IMG/VR virus record: IMGVR_UViG_3300045970_000794
Location: 62,001 to 126,000 of that record
Length of the DNA stretch: 64,000 nt
Strand: one strand, 5' to 3'
Part shown: positions 43,629 to 54,490 of the stretch, in pieces
Position numbering within the stretch: position 1 is the stretch's first letter
How the letters are laid out: every line of letters starts with the position of its first letter
Translations under genes and position numbers: made by a program
The notes under the pieces: model-generated
The model's input: the letters and a program-made list of their open reading frames with translations, nothing else
Database searches by the model: none
Told to the model about the DNA's origin: nothing

Positions 43629-45986
43629 TTATGACACACTAATAGTTGATATGTTATTAACTTTTTTAATAGTAACAATGTTATTTGACCAATCTTTTAC
43701 TACATCATTGTGTGTTATAAGTATTATAGTATCGTACCAATCTAATATTTTATCGAACAAAGCTTTCATACTATCTAAATTTTCAACAGCTACTGGTCCA
43801 AATATTTCATCAAATTGTAAGAAGTTTGGCTTTGGTAAATATGATACTCGACCAAGTACCGTTCTTAATGCTATTGCTGATGCAAATCGTTCTAAACCAC
43901 TAGCAGATTTTAATTTCTTTTCAATCCCATCAAGAATCATTAGAAATTCAACATCATTCTTATCATTAAGATATAATTCAATATCAAAATTACATACATC
44001 ATCTAATAATCTATGTAATTCAGCATTAATTATTGGTATAACTGAACGAAGTACTAATTTACTAATACCACGCTTACCAACCATATCAATATATATCTTG
44101 AAAATCTTTTCAATTTGGTCTTCCTTTTTAATTTTAACAATAATAGCTTCTTTTTTAGTAATATCGTTAGTATCAGTTTGAATATCGGTTTCGGTTAACT
44201 GAATGCTTTTAATTAAGCCATCACGTTTAAATTCTAATGTTTGAATTTCTGTTTGAACAATAGCTATTTCCATATCCCATTTTTTATTCATTTCAATAGC
44301 ATCATTATTCAAATTATATTGCTTCAATTGGGTTCGTTTACTCTTTATCTTATTTCTTAAACTATCCATTTCAACTAATAATTTATCACGTTCCAATTCC
44401 AGTGAATTACGTTCAGTCACCAATTTCTTTGTATCGGAAAATTCAAGTAATTCTTTTTCAATATTAATTAAACGAAGATTATAAACCTTATTTTTTTCCA
44501 CTAATGAATCAATAGTGCTGTTGTGTTCTAATATTATAGCACTATTATCAACACCTTCCAATGGGCGATTACAAGTAGGACAAATTTCACCATTCTTTAA
44601 ATCTTCAATTAAATTAGTTAATCTATTAATTTCACTATCGTTTTTTGTTTTAGCTATTGATATTGTTTTATCTTCAGTAGTTGTAGCTTGATACAAATCC
44701 TCATCAAATTCAATATCACCTATTTCAGTTAAACGCACTTTAATTAATTCAACACGAGCATTGGCAGCTAAACCTTTAGTAGTATACTCACTAATATCAC
44801 TTTCAATAGTATCTGGATTCGTTTTTAATATTTCATCATCGATGTTATATTTTTTACCGATTAAATCTTCTTTTTTATTAACACTTTTAATAATTTCACC
44901 TTTAACTTCAAGTAACCCATCATTTAAACTAGTTAATAATTCACCATTCGATACAATATCCTCCAAATGCTCAGTAATCTCAGTCTCTAATTGGATGATG
45001 TCATATTGATTAGAAGTCATTTTTTTAGCAAACTCATTATACAATTCCCTAGCTTTACTTTCTTTCATTTCAATAGGTTCTAATCCAATGAACCTAGTTA
45101 ATAACTTACCACGTTCAGTTGGTTTAGTATCAATTAAATCTTCCAAATTTTTAGAATTAGCTGAAATAATAATTTCAAAATCAGCCTCACTACCAATAGT
45201 ATCTTTTATCTTAGCTAACGTTTCACTGGATTCCTCACCCTTCAAATCTTTTTCACTACCATCGGCCATTAATTGATAATATTCAACACTACCTTTAACT
45301 GTATAACTACCTTCTTTTGTTGCTCTCCTAGTAAGCTTACGTTCGATAATAAATTCTTCATCTTCAATATCAATACCACCTCTAACTAATACTTCATCAC
45401 TGTCAGAATATGAATTAAATATTTCTTCATTTCTATCATTTTTACTAGTGGTTCCGAATAATAGATATCTTACCGCTTCCATTGAGAATGTAGTTTTACC
45501 ACCTTGGTTTTTAGGTTCGGATATTACTAGAGTTATTCCCTTTAGTCGACTAAAATATACTGGTTCATTATTACCAAAACATAGGAAATTATTAATTTTT
45601 AACCATTTCAAATTCCATTTACGTTGTCTGGTTGAGAATTCTTCAATTTTAAGTGCTGAATTAACCTTATCATCCAAAGCAATTAACCTATCAAAGTCAA
45701 CTACCTTTTTCTCACGCTCCAACCATTCTTTGAAGAGTTTACGTTGGTAATTAATATCCATTATATTATCAATTCCAGCTTGACACATATCAATAGTGTT
45801 ACCGTTTTCATCAATCTTAAATGGTCTAAATATTACATTAACATTTTTTCTATTAACCCCATATTTTTTACTAAAATGTGAACGAATCCTATTTTTAGCT
45901 TCTCTAGTGTAGTTTTCAGTGGTATCATCCCAGTATACTTTTATTTTAGCATTGGATGGTACATACATTGTATCGTTATTCCCCAT
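43629..45986 (-). CDS. SbcC/Rad50-like (gp46) recombination ATPase
   Basis: NFLCFG...NQGGKTT, CPTC zinc hook, ASGLE signature, QFDEIFG, LITH. Confidence 0.9.
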   Translation of the reverse strand: MGNNDTMYVPSNAKIKVYWDDTTENYTREAKNRIRSHFSKKYGVNRKNVNVIFRPFKIDENGNTIDMCQAGIDNIMDINYQRKLFKEWLEREKKVVDFDRLIALDDKVNSALKIEEFSTRQRKWNLKWLKINNFLCFGNNEPVYFSRLKGITLVISEPKNQGGKTTFSMEAVRYLLFGTTSKNDRNEEIFNSYSDSDEVLVRGGIDIEDEEFIIERKLTRRATKEGSYTVKGSVEYYQLMADGSEKDLKGEESSETLAKIKDTIGSEADFEIIISANSKNLEDLIDTKPTERGKLLTRFIGLEPIEMKESKARELYNEFAKKMTSNQYDIIQLETEITEHLEDIVSNGELLTSLNDGLLEVKGEIIKSVNKKEDLIGKKYNIDDEILKTNPDTIESDISEYTTKGLAANARVELIKVRLTEIGDIEFDEDLYQATTTEDKTISIAKTKNDSEINRLTNLIEDLKNGEICPTCNRPLEGVDNSAIILEHNSTIDSLVEKNKVYNLRLINIEKELLEFSDTKKLVTERNSLELERDKLLVEMDSLRNKIKSKRTQLKQYNLNNDAIEMNKKWDMEIAIVQTEIQTLEFKRDGLIKSIQLTETDIQTDTNDITKKEAIIVKIKKEDQIEKIFKIYIDMVGKRGISKLVLRSVIPIINAELHRLLDDVCNFDIELYLNDKNDVEFLMILDGIEKKLKSASGLERFASAIALRTVLGRVSYLPKPNFLQFDEIFGPVAVENLDSMKALFDKILDWYDTIILITHNDVVKDWSNNIVTIKKVNNISTISVS

Positions 45987-46272
45987 ATAAATCTATATCA
46001 TTAGGTTTTTTATTATTTTCAATCTTAATTTCTACTATAGGTATAATTTCTTCTACCTTTAATTCTTCTATAGGTTCCTCCATAGGTTCCTCTATTGGTT
46101 CTATTACCTCTTCTGGTATAGGTATAGTAATGTTTGGTGTATTACCATATTTTTCAATGGCAAATGCAGTCCTTATAAGCTTATATATGAAATTTTCAAC
46201 GTTTTCAATATCATTTAACTTACAATACTCACTAATTTCATCATATACATTACTCTTTATCTCCATTTTCAT
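45976..46272 (-). CDS. hypothetical protein
   Basis: 98 aa with EEP repeats. Confidence 0.55.
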   Translation of the reverse strand: MKMEIKSNVYDEISEYCKLNDIENVENFIYKLIRTAFAIEKYGNTPNITIPIPEEVIEPIEEPMEEPIEELKVEEIIPIVEIKIENNKKPNDIDLYGE

Positions 46273-46504
46273 CTTTTTTAGCTACATCACCTTGAATTGT
46301 TTCAACTTCTTCATCAGTTTGATGTAAAAATATCATTTCTTTATGTTCTTCATCAACATGTAATGCAACTATTGACTTATCAAGTCTATAATAAAACTCT
46401 TTTTCTTTATCAACCATACCATATTCACCATTTGCAATAGTAAATTCATCAAATTCTAGTGGTAATGTATTTAAAAATCCTTTTAATTCTTTAATTTTAA
46501 GCAT
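46250..46504 (-). CDS. hypothetical protein
   Basis: 84-aa ORF. Confidence 0.55.
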   Translation of the reverse strand: MLKIKELKGFLNTLPLEFDEFTIANGEYGMVDKEKEFYYRLDKSIVALHVDEEHKEMIFLHQTDEEVETIQGDVAKKDENGDKE

Positions 46505-46512
46505 AAAACAAT

Positions 46513-47331
46513 TTATTTATTAGTTAATTCTTCGGAACCAGTTTCTAAATCTTCCAAAGATGTTATTTTAAATTGGTAAAAACCATAATCATTGATTAAA
46601 TCACGTGTAATATATGTTTTTTCTTTAATATCCCATATTAAATAACCATGACCAGTAATAGTTTCACCGAAATCTTGTTGTATTAACGATGATGGAAACG
46701 CCATTACAGTACCAAATTCATTAGTAAAGTGCTGTCTTTTGTGAATATCACCTAATAATACTATATCACAACCCTCAAAATAGTCTGGATGTGCACCACT
46801 ATCAACAAATTCATACCCTAATGAGGTTTTTGAACCTATAATAGGTGCATGGAATAGTCCTATAACTGTTTTATCTGGGTGTTCTTTCTTTATAGTAAGG
46901 ATATTATCTGGGGGTAGGTTATCATTAAAGATTGAATATACAGCCCATATAACATTATCATCTTCATAACACTCACTTTCTTTATAATAACGTATGTTTT
47001 CATGACTCATTAATTCTATAATAGGTGTTAATGAATCCATACGGTCTTTATTGTCAGCTAGCATATCATGATTACCAGCAATAATTATAACAGGGCAAAT
47101 AGCTGCACACTGTTTAAGGAACCACGCAACTAGCATGGTTAATTCATTAGAAATAGTTATTTTTTGATGAACAATATCACCAGCAATTACGATTCTAAGC
47201 TCATCAGATGAGTATTCGGTACTTAATTCATTAATCTCATCAATAAATTGATTGAGAACGACTAGATATTCATCATGTCGTTTATATGTTCTGAAATGTA
47301 TATCAGAAATATGTATTATTTTTTTAATCAT
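46513..47331 (-). CDS. SbcD/Mre11-like (gp47) nuclease
   Basis: HISDIH...AGDIVH...GNHD...LGDIH. Confidence 0.9.
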   Translation of the reverse strand: MIKKIIHISDIHFRTYKRHDEYLVVLNQFIDEINELSTEYSSDELRIVIAGDIVHQKITISNELTMLVAWFLKQCAAICPVIIIAGNHDMLADNKDRMDSLTPIIELMSHENIRYYKESECYEDDNVIWAVYSIFNDNLPPDNILTIKKEHPDKTVIGLFHAPIIGSKTSLGYEFVDSGAHPDYFEGCDIVLLGDIHKRQHFTNEFGTVMAFPSSLIQQDFGETITGHGYLIWDIKEKTYITRDLINDYGFYQFKITSLEDLETGSEELTNK

Positions 47332-47332
47332 A

Positions 47333-48097
47333 TTAAGCAACTTGATTTAATTTTGTGTTATATTCGTGAAGCTTTAATAATTTTTTAGCTTCATTTTTTA
47401 GATACATTATAGGAATTTTTTCAAACTTTAACGTTACTTTATTAAAGTGTGCCACCCATAATTGTCTACATTTTTTACCTGTTTCCATTTCATACATCAA
47501 AGCGTATACACTCAATTGTATTGAATATACACTGTATTGGCAATCTTGCATGTGTTCAAATGGTGGTAGTAACCATGTTCTATAAGGTGAATAGAAATTA
47601 AATACTTTATTTGTTTTCCAATCACCAATATCAAATAATTCATCGTCTATATCAATTAATAAATCAGTCATACCAGCTAATTTATACTCAGCTGAGAACA
47701 TAATTCTTTCTGGGAATAATTCACGACCTTCATCCAACCCTAACTCTTCATAAGCCGCAATAACAGAAGCTTCGAAATCATTTTTAGGGAAATAGAATTT
47801 ATTAGCCATTAAGTAATCTTCAACTATTTCATGAACCATTGAACCGTACATGTTTGCTTCATCATTCTCACGTTGCCACTCATCCAATATATCATACTTA
47901 GACATCCCAACATATTTAGGATTCTTTTTAGAGTTAGATTGTTTAGTGATTGCTTCGGCAATATCCTCAGCTGCAAACGGTGGTTCAATCAAACTAATTA
48001 CTTTTGTAACTGAAGTGAATTTTTCACCAGATTTCTTATGAATATAAACGTGTTCAATTGGTTCTAAATATACTGGTCCATTATGCTTTCGAGCCAT
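47333..48097 (-). CDS. PD-(D/E)XK exonuclease
   Basis: YGSMVH...LAGMTDLL...DIGDWKT...YSIQLSVY. Confidence 0.8.
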   Translation of the reverse strand: MARKHNGPVYLEPIEHVYIHKKSGEKFTSVTKVISLIEPPFAAEDIAEAITKQSNSKKNPKYVGMSKYDILDEWQRENDEANMYGSMVHEIVEDYLMANKFYFPKNDFEASVIAAYEELGLDEGRELFPERIMFSAEYKLAGMTDLLIDIDDELFDIGDWKTNKVFNFYSPYRTWLLPPFEHMQDCQYSVYSIQLSVYALMYEMETGKKCRQLWVAHFNKVTLKFEKIPIMYLKNEAKKLLKLHEYNTKLNQVA

Positions 48098-48407
48098 TTT
48101 TTCCTTCTTTCGCTATCTTCATTATTTCATTTATCCACTCACGCTCTTTCTCTTCAAGTTCACGCATGTCTTTAAACTTTTTATTTTTTTCGTATTTAAA
48201 TTTTTGATATTTAAATGAATGTTCTTCTATCTCAAGCTTATTATTAAATTTAATTTCTTCATCGGTAAATCCCAATATATGTGTCGATTTGACATTACTC
48301 TCTTCAACCGATTTAGATGATTTCTTAAATTTACTAACTATGTATTTATAAAGTCCCATACTTGTTTTTAATATACTATTTTTTATTGAAATATACATAG
48401 AAATCAA
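48081..48407 (-). CDS. hypothetical protein
   Basis: 108-aa ORF, start uncertain. Confidence 0.4.
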   Translation of the reverse strand: MISMYISIKNSILKTSMGLYKYIVSKFKKSSKSVEESNVKSTHILGFTDEEIKFNNKLEIEEHSFKYQKFKYEKNKKFKDMRELEEKEREWINEIMKIAKEGKNGSKA

Positions 48408-49375
48408 TATATTTCTTCACAATCTGGAATGCGCTCAGCATTCTTTAATGTTAATAATACCCCGTTATTACCCAATAATTCATGTATTTTAGCAATATCA
48501 TATTCCTCTGGAATAGTTAATACTGCCCTTACCCTATTGTGTAATTTAAAAATATTATTTAGTTTGAAATATAAACGTTTTATGTTTTTCAGTGCGTCAC
48601 CATCCAATACAATCACAATTAAACCACTTGATTTATTTATGATTTCATCCATTAATAAATAATTAAAATCTAAAAATTTACCTAATAATGGTACTGAATT
48701 AGGTACAACTACATGGTCAAATGGGCCTTCTACTAAATAAATCGTAGCGTCCCAATTCAATTTATATTCATTGAATATGATAGTTGTTTTATCGGTATCT
48801 GGGTTCAGATATTTTGGCTTAATACCATTTTTATAAGCTCTACCAGCAAAGTAATTTACCCTACCATTGGCATCGTATGAAGGAATAATTATTCTACCAA
48901 CATATTTACCACTAGAGCAATATCCTAGATTGAATTTCTCAATGATATCAACCCCAATATTACGTGTTTTTAAATAACTTATAGCTTTTTTATACTCTGG
49001 GTGATTTGATTTGATTAGTAATGATTGGAATTCTTTAGGTAATTCACTAACAATTTCATCACTAGTGGTTTTAAATTCAATATCGAAATTTAATTCTTTA
49101 GCTATTAAAGTAAAATCACCAATATCTTCCTTGGAACCGTGATTCTTTATTAAATGGTAAATGCCACCACTCATGTGGTTTGTTTCATAACAAGACCAAC
49201 ATTTATAAACTCCTTTATAATAATTTATTTCTAAATTTCCTTTACCATCACCGTCAGACAGTCCTTTCTCAGCTGAACATGCGGGGCAGTCAAATGCTAT
49301 TTGGCCTTTCGAATGATTATGTTTTCGAGAGGGTCCTAAGAAATTTGTTAATATATTTATGAGTTCATCATGCAT
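48404..49375 (-). CDS. DNA primase
   Basis: CPAC...CWSC zinc finger, RIIIP, YLVEGPFD, VLDGDA TOPRIM. Confidence 0.9.
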   Translation of the reverse strand: MHDELINILTNFLGPSRKHNHSKGQIAFDCPACSAEKGLSDGDGKGNLEINYYKGVYKCWSCYETNHMSGGIYHLIKNHGSKEDIGDFTLIAKELNFDIEFKTTSDEIVSELPKEFQSLLIKSNHPEYKKAISYLKTRNIGVDIIEKFNLGYCSSGKYVGRIIIPSYDANGRVNYFAGRAYKNGIKPKYLNPDTDKTTIIFNEYKLNWDATIYLVEGPFDHVVVPNSVPLLGKFLDFNYLLMDEIINKSSGLIVIVLDGDALKNIKRLYFKLNNIFKLHNRVRAVLTIPEEYDIAKIHELLGNNGVLLTLKNAERIPDCEEIY

Positions 49376-49415
49376 CTAACAAAGATACAATAAATTATTC
49401 AATTTTGCAACTAAT

Positions 49416-50063
49416 TTATGACCAAGCCCCAGTTTTTCTCATTTGACCTAGTACCGAAGAAAAAGCATCGCTCATATCAAAGTTTTCTTTCTTTAAAATT
49501 CCATTTTTATCGTATAACCAACTAACTTTTGGTTCTAGATTAGAAACTTTTTTCCAAATAATTTCTTTTTTATCAATATCAAAATCATACGCACCGAAAA
49601 GAACTGGCTTTTTGTTTTTAATCTCCTTTTCACTATATGGTTGCCCTTTTTTATCAAACTTTCTAACAGCGATTAAATCTGGAAATGCATAGGCTCTAGA
49701 ATCATATGAACTAATGAATTCTGGAACAACACCCAATGTTTCATAAATTGCTTTACTAATCATACCATTAAATCTTAGTAATGTTGCAACAGTATTCACA
49801 TTATTTGACCTAAGCAATGGTTCTTCAATTATAACCTTAGTGATATTCATCCCAACGTATTTATTGATGAACTCAGTCTGGAATATTTGCGCTTTCCTAA
49901 ATAATTCCTCCATTTTATTGTCGGTTGTTGGTTTAACTTTCGGACTTACCGCAGTTAATAAATTCAACTTACCATTGGTTCCTAAATCTTCAAATAATGC
50001 ACAACCAATTGTTTTAGTACTAATATCTAATCCAATAATGAATTTACCAGTTTCTTTACTCAT
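49416..50063 (-). CDS. RuvC-like Holliday junction resolvase
   Basis: IIGLDISTKTIG...VIIEEP...FDMSDA. Confidence 0.8.
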   Translation of the reverse strand: MSKETGKFIIGLDISTKTIGCALFEDLGTNGKLNLLTAVSPKVKPTTDNKMEELFRKAQIFQTEFINKYVGMNITKVIIEEPLLRSNNVNTVATLLRFNGMISKAIYETLGVVPEFISSYDSRAYAFPDLIAVRKFDKKGQPYSEKEIKNKKPVLFGAYDFDIDKKEIIWKKVSNLEPKVSWLYDKNGILKKENFDMSDAFSSVLGQMRKTGAWS

Positions 50064-50135
50064 AATTTTAATGTTTAAAACTTATTATTTTAACCTAATA
50101 TAGTGATTTAACTTAAAACATAAATAGTATAAATG

Positions 50136-50160
50136 AAAAATGACGTATTTCTACGTCATT
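50136..50160 (-). terminator. terminator after structural cluster
   Basis: TGACGTA-gaaa-TACGTCA plus T run. Confidence 0.65.
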
Positions 50161-50186
50161 CAATCACTAATATTAAATAATATTTA

Positions 50187-51389
50187 CTATATTACAATTT
50201 TAACCGTCAATGCCATGAATGAACTTGATGGTATTTCAATTTGTTGATTTGGTTTAGCAATCGCTATTAAATTATCGGAAACATCATATAAACCAACTTC
50301 ACTAACTCTAGGTGTATCACCAGTCACCCATGTTGGATTACTTGACCTAGCAAATTCACCTCTATCTGAAATACATGTAATGTCTTGGAATATTCTTGTC
50401 ACAACACTATCAAACGTTACAGTTGTTGCACTTGAATTAGTAGTTAAACTAAAATTATTAACAATTGTTGGTTCAGTAATTACAATAATACCTTTATCTA
50501 AATAAACAATACCGCATGCAGTATCAGCAGTTTTACTTAAAGTAAGTATATTTGTGTAATTAAAAGACTCTTTACCATTCACACTAAATGGTTTATAAGT
50601 ATTCCAACCAGTTGACCAGCTTTTTGATGCATTACCATTTGGTTTTCTAATCGAATCCGAGAATAAAAATGCAATGTTATTACCAATAACAGCTGTTTCA
50701 TTTGATGATTCACGATATATCGCATCTAATTGAGCTGGTGAATAAATTCCACCCCTAAATGTTGCATATAGATTAAATGTTGCCGCTGTTGTGGTAATAT
50801 CAACTTTAACTGTTTTACCATCAATCAATTCACCGTATGTTGAACCAGTTAATGCTATCACTAATATCGTATCTTGGCTTATTCCACTAATAGCAGTATT
50901 AGAAAATCCATTACTATTGGTTGTAATTGCTGAGAAGTATGATTTATCTGTTTCACTAATAGGTAAACCAAAACTAAAATATAAATTACCCATCATATCA
51001 GTATAATCAGTCCTATTAACTAAATTATGAGTTAAATTTGACCCAGATATTGTAGAAATACCTAAGCTTTCAGTCATTACTGATACAGTACCAGAATTAG
51101 GAGTAACTAATTTATATGGATTATCTGAATTTAATGCATACTTCAATTTACTTCTTAATGTAATATTACCAAATGTACTAGTTGTCGCACCAGAATCTGG
51201 TCCAATATCACCACCAGTCGCTGGTATATTACCAGTTGTTAGTGGATATTGAGTGTTATAATTGGCATCTGAATCACCAAGAGCAAATTTACTAATAATG
51301 CCAATACTATTAGTTAGAATTGATTGTCTTCCATATGGCGTTAATTTAGCCACTAAGGTTAAGGTGTTAGCTGATGATATATATCCCAT
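50187..51389 (-). CDS. virion structural protein (baseplate/tail-collar-like)
   Basis: LTPYGRQ...FALGDSD N-terminus; SEVGLYD...LIAIAK C-terminus. Confidence 0.6.
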   Translation of the reverse strand: MGYISSANTLTLVAKLTPYGRQSILTNSIGIISKFALGDSDANYNTQYPLTTGNIPATGGDIGPDSGATTSTFGNITLRSKLKYALNSDNPYKLVTPNSGTVSVMTESLGISTISGSNLTHNLVNRTDYTDMMGNLYFSFGLPISETDKSYFSAITTNSNGFSNTAISGISQDTILVIALTGSTYGELIDGKTVKVDITTTAATFNLYATFRGGIYSPAQLDAIYRESSNETAVIGNNIAFLFSDSIRKPNGNASKSWSTGWNTYKPFSVNGKESFNYTNILTLSKTADTACGIVYLDKGIIVITEPTIVNNFSLTTNSSATTVTFDSVVTRIFQDITCISDRGEFARSSNPTWVTGDTPRVSEVGLYDVSDNLIAIAKPNQQIEIPSSSFMALTVKIVI

Positions 51390-51391
51390 AA

Positions 51392-53551
51392 TTAAAAGTC
51401 CATACTAGCCTCAATCATTATTGTTTGTCCCGCAACCAACGCAACTGGTTGACTTAATTTACCAATCATAACTAAATTTTTGTTACTATCATAAATAGCC
51501 AATTCAGATACTCTTAAATTAGGCGGGTTTGTATTAATATCAGTACTTCTAGTACTGTTTGTTGTATCACTAAAATAATTATAATCCAATGTAATTTTAA
51601 ATATTGTTTTATATATTGTAGCACCGATTTGTGTGTTTATATTACCGTAGAAAAATCTTTCATCACCGAATTGTAAATATTCTGGATTTGATTGTGGAGC
51701 CAATGATAAATCGCTTATCATTGAGAATAACGTACCACCACTAGCCACTGTATTTGATAAAATAAATCCATTTGCAGTCGGATTTTGATTATCTAATGCG
51801 AATGCACCACCAGTATAACTAGTAGGATTAATAGTCGCATTTAAAGTTTCTGTTATAGCTGTAGTTGTATAATTAATAGCTGACCAAGCATCTGGGTCTG
51901 GTCTAGTATTATTATCATCAACAATTTGATAAACCAAATTAAATGCATTTGCATAAAATCCTCTACCATCATAACCAGCATCTTCTACTTTTCTCATATA
52001 TGGTAATAAATTGATATCTTCAATCCTAAATTGAATATCTTTTGAAGCATTAGTAGAATTTAGAATTTTAGCATATTTTTGACAAGGTAACGATGTTGTA
52101 AATCCAGTTGTACCAGTATTAGCTAGTTGATATGTGACGTACATTACCTTATTTTGCTCTAAAATACCAGTACCAGTACTAGATGATTGTAGATTTAACG
52201 CTAATGATGGTAATGTCCAGTTTCTATTTGATTTATATGACATTGCTGAAGCTAATTCTTCATCATGTATTGTGATAATTTTTAATTGTGGGTAAACACG
52301 TCCAACCGAAATTGTAGTTCTACCAGTTACATATGTTGGACTCTCAATTAAATCATAATATTCAATATTCGATGTCCCTACATATTGTGAGCTACCACTA
52401 GTTGTAAATTCCATACCCATAGTTAATCCACTATTACCAGTACCACTATTATTATCTCTTCTATGATACATAATATCTGGGATAGTAACAGTTAATCGCT
52501 TATCATTTGCAATATCAATATGGAAAAATTCACCATAGAAATTAGAAATTGTGTAATTTGTGTAATGTAGTACTGATAAAACTTTTTGACCATTATCTAA
52601 ACCACTCAACCCTTGACATACAGATGTTACGGCCGTTGATGATATTCCAGTACCTTCTAAATCAAATCCAAAATATGGATTCATTTGACCTAAATATGTA
52701 TAAGAACCAAATCTTTGATATCCTTCATAAGTAGATGATGTTCCAGTAATACCAGCTGGAGTTTCAGCATAAATATTATTCATATTCCAAACAGGTACGT
52801 CTTCAATTGAGACATCACAACTAGAATCGAATGCTAATGTACCAGTATCCCAATAATATGTTTGACTTGGCATTCCGAATGCATCTTTTACTTCACCTTG
52901 TGGGTAAATAATATATTGGATATCAACAGCTGTTGCGGCACTAAGATTAGGTAATGCTCTATCGACAACTATTTCAGTTGTAGAGGCGGTTGACTGTATT
53001 TTATAGAATAAATGAGGTGTAGCTTCATTATTTGTGTTTAATGTCAAAGCACCTTTAGTTTGAGTTGTTAACTTTAATAATAAAATATCACCAATGGTTA
53101 ACGATGCGGCACTTAATGCTAATGTAGTCCCACCAGTTAATTTATCAGTGCTTATTATACCAGTGTCAACAACATATGATGAACCAGTTAATGTTTGAAT
53201 ATTAGCAGTAGTACCACTAAAAAATCCTCGTTCAGTTGCCGCATTATTAACAATAACTTTAACTGTTTTAATAACAGCTGGTGTGATGTCATTAAAATAA
53301 CTATTTGAGCTATTAACTAGATAAGACTTTAATTCTGGTTGCCTATCTTTTGGTCTTAAAATCTCACTAGTTACACTTAATGCAATAACTAATGGATTAG
53401 CTTCAACGATAGCCTCTCTATCATAATTAATCTCAGAATCACCAGCAGCCCAAAATGAAAAATTTAATTGACCTTTAGCCAATTGCATCCTACCAACATC
53501 TGTTAATTTTAATGAAACAAAAGGGTCTACACATTTAATAATATATGACAT
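51392..53551 (-). CDS. virion structural protein (paralog-like of 50187-51389)
   Basis: LTDVGR...WAAGDSE; SELAIYD...MIGKL. Confidence 0.6.
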   Translation of the reverse strand: MSYIIKCVDPFVSLKLTDVGRMQLAKGQLNFSFWAAGDSEINYDREAIVEANPLVIALSVTSEILRPKDRQPELKSYLVNSSNSYFNDITPAVIKTVKVIVNNAATERGFFSGTTANIQTLTGSSYVVDTGIISTDKLTGGTTLALSAASLTIGDILLLKLTTQTKGALTLNTNNEATPHLFYKIQSTASTTEIVVDRALPNLSAATAVDIQYIIYPQGEVKDAFGMPSQTYYWDTGTLAFDSSCDVSIEDVPVWNMNNIYAETPAGITGTSSTYEGYQRFGSYTYLGQMNPYFGFDLEGTGISSTAVTSVCQGLSGLDNGQKVLSVLHYTNYTISNFYGEFFHIDIANDKRLTVTIPDIMYHRRDNNSGTGNSGLTMGMEFTTSGSSQYVGTSNIEYYDLIESPTYVTGRTTISVGRVYPQLKIITIHDEELASAMSYKSNRNWTLPSLALNLQSSSTGTGILEQNKVMYVTYQLANTGTTGFTTSLPCQKYAKILNSTNASKDIQFRIEDINLLPYMRKVEDAGYDGRGFYANAFNLVYQIVDDNNTRPDPDAWSAINYTTTAITETLNATINPTSYTGGAFALDNQNPTANGFILSNTVASGGTLFSMISDLSLAPQSNPEYLQFGDERFFYGNINTQIGATIYKTIFKITLDYNYFSDTTNSTRSTDINTNPPNLRVSELAIYDSNKNLVMIGKLSQPVALVAGQTIMIEASMDF

Positions 53552-53563
53552 ATTTTTATATTT

Positions 53564-54436
53564 TTATATTTTTATTAGTTTATTATAAATACTTTCTTTA
53601 TGTGAAATTCGTAATAATTTTATTTTATTATTAAAACAATAATCTGTTTTAATTTTATCTTTGTTTTGTTGGTCAATTAACCCATTAACCCCACCCCACC
53701 TATCTATTATTTCAAAATGTTGTCTACCATCATATTCAATACATGTATTATATTCTGGAAGATAAAAATCAAATGGTAATGGCTTAATATCTTTACAATC
53801 ATCAAATTTATGTTGTGGAATGAACTTGATATTATTTTTAGTTAAATAATCTCTAATAATTTTTTCACCTTTAGATTCTTTACATTTAGGACACCCACAT
53901 CCTTTTAAATGACTATTGGGTGTCTGTTCAAATTCACCATGAATTGAGCAAATTATTTTTATTTGTTTAAAAACACTAATATAATTAACTAATGAATAAT
54001 CATATTTTTCACCATGAATAGTTTTAGCTTTTTCAATAAATTCATCAGTCGTTTTATATTTACCAACGCATTTAGGGCACCCACATCCTTTTAAATGACT
54101 ATTGGGTATTTGTTCAAATTCACCATGAATTGGGCAAATTATTTTTATTTTAATTTTATTATTTTTATAATTAACTAATGAATAATCATATTTTTCACCA
54201 TGAATAGTTTTAGCTTTTTCAATAAATTCATCGGTTGCAACATAATTACGACTACATTTATAACAATTAATACCTTTCAAATGACTATTTGGTATTTGTT
54301 CAAATTCACCATGAATTGGGCAAATTATTTTTATTTTAATTTTAGAACCGACATAATTGACTAATGAATAATCATATTTTTCACCATGAATAGTTTTAGC
54401 TTTTTCAATAAATTCACCAATAGTTTGTTTTTCCAT
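53564..54436 (-). CDS. homing-type endonuclease: three Zn-finger (DUF723-like) repeats plus PD-(D/E)XK domain
   Basis: Repeat EFIEKAKTIHGEKYDYSLVNY...ICPIHGEFEQ...C..C; PFDFYLP...IEYDGRQH. Confidence 0.85.
   Translation of the reverse strand: MEKQTIGEFIEKAKTIHGEKYDYSLVNYVGSKIKIKIICPIHGEFEQIPNSHLKGINCYKCSRNYVATDEFIEKAKTIHGEKYDYSLVNYKNNKIKIKIICPIHGEFEQIPNSHLKGCGCPKCVGKYKTTDEFIEKAKTIHGEKYDYSLVNYISVFKQIKIICSIHGEFEQTPNSHLKGCGCPKCKESKGEKIIRDYLTKNNIKFIPQHKFDDCKDIKPLPFDFYLPEYNTCIEYDGRQHFEIIDRWGGVNGLIDQQNKDKIKTDYCFNNKIKLLRISHKESIYNKLIKI
53884..54420. repeat. three tandem repeats of about 180 bp inside the endonuclease gene
   Basis: aatgaataatcatatttttcaccatgaatagttttagctttttcaataaattc recurs three times. 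Confidence 0.85.
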
Positions 54437-54490
54437 ATCAATAAATATCTACAATTTAGATAAAAGTTAAATTATCTCCACATTTTTCAT

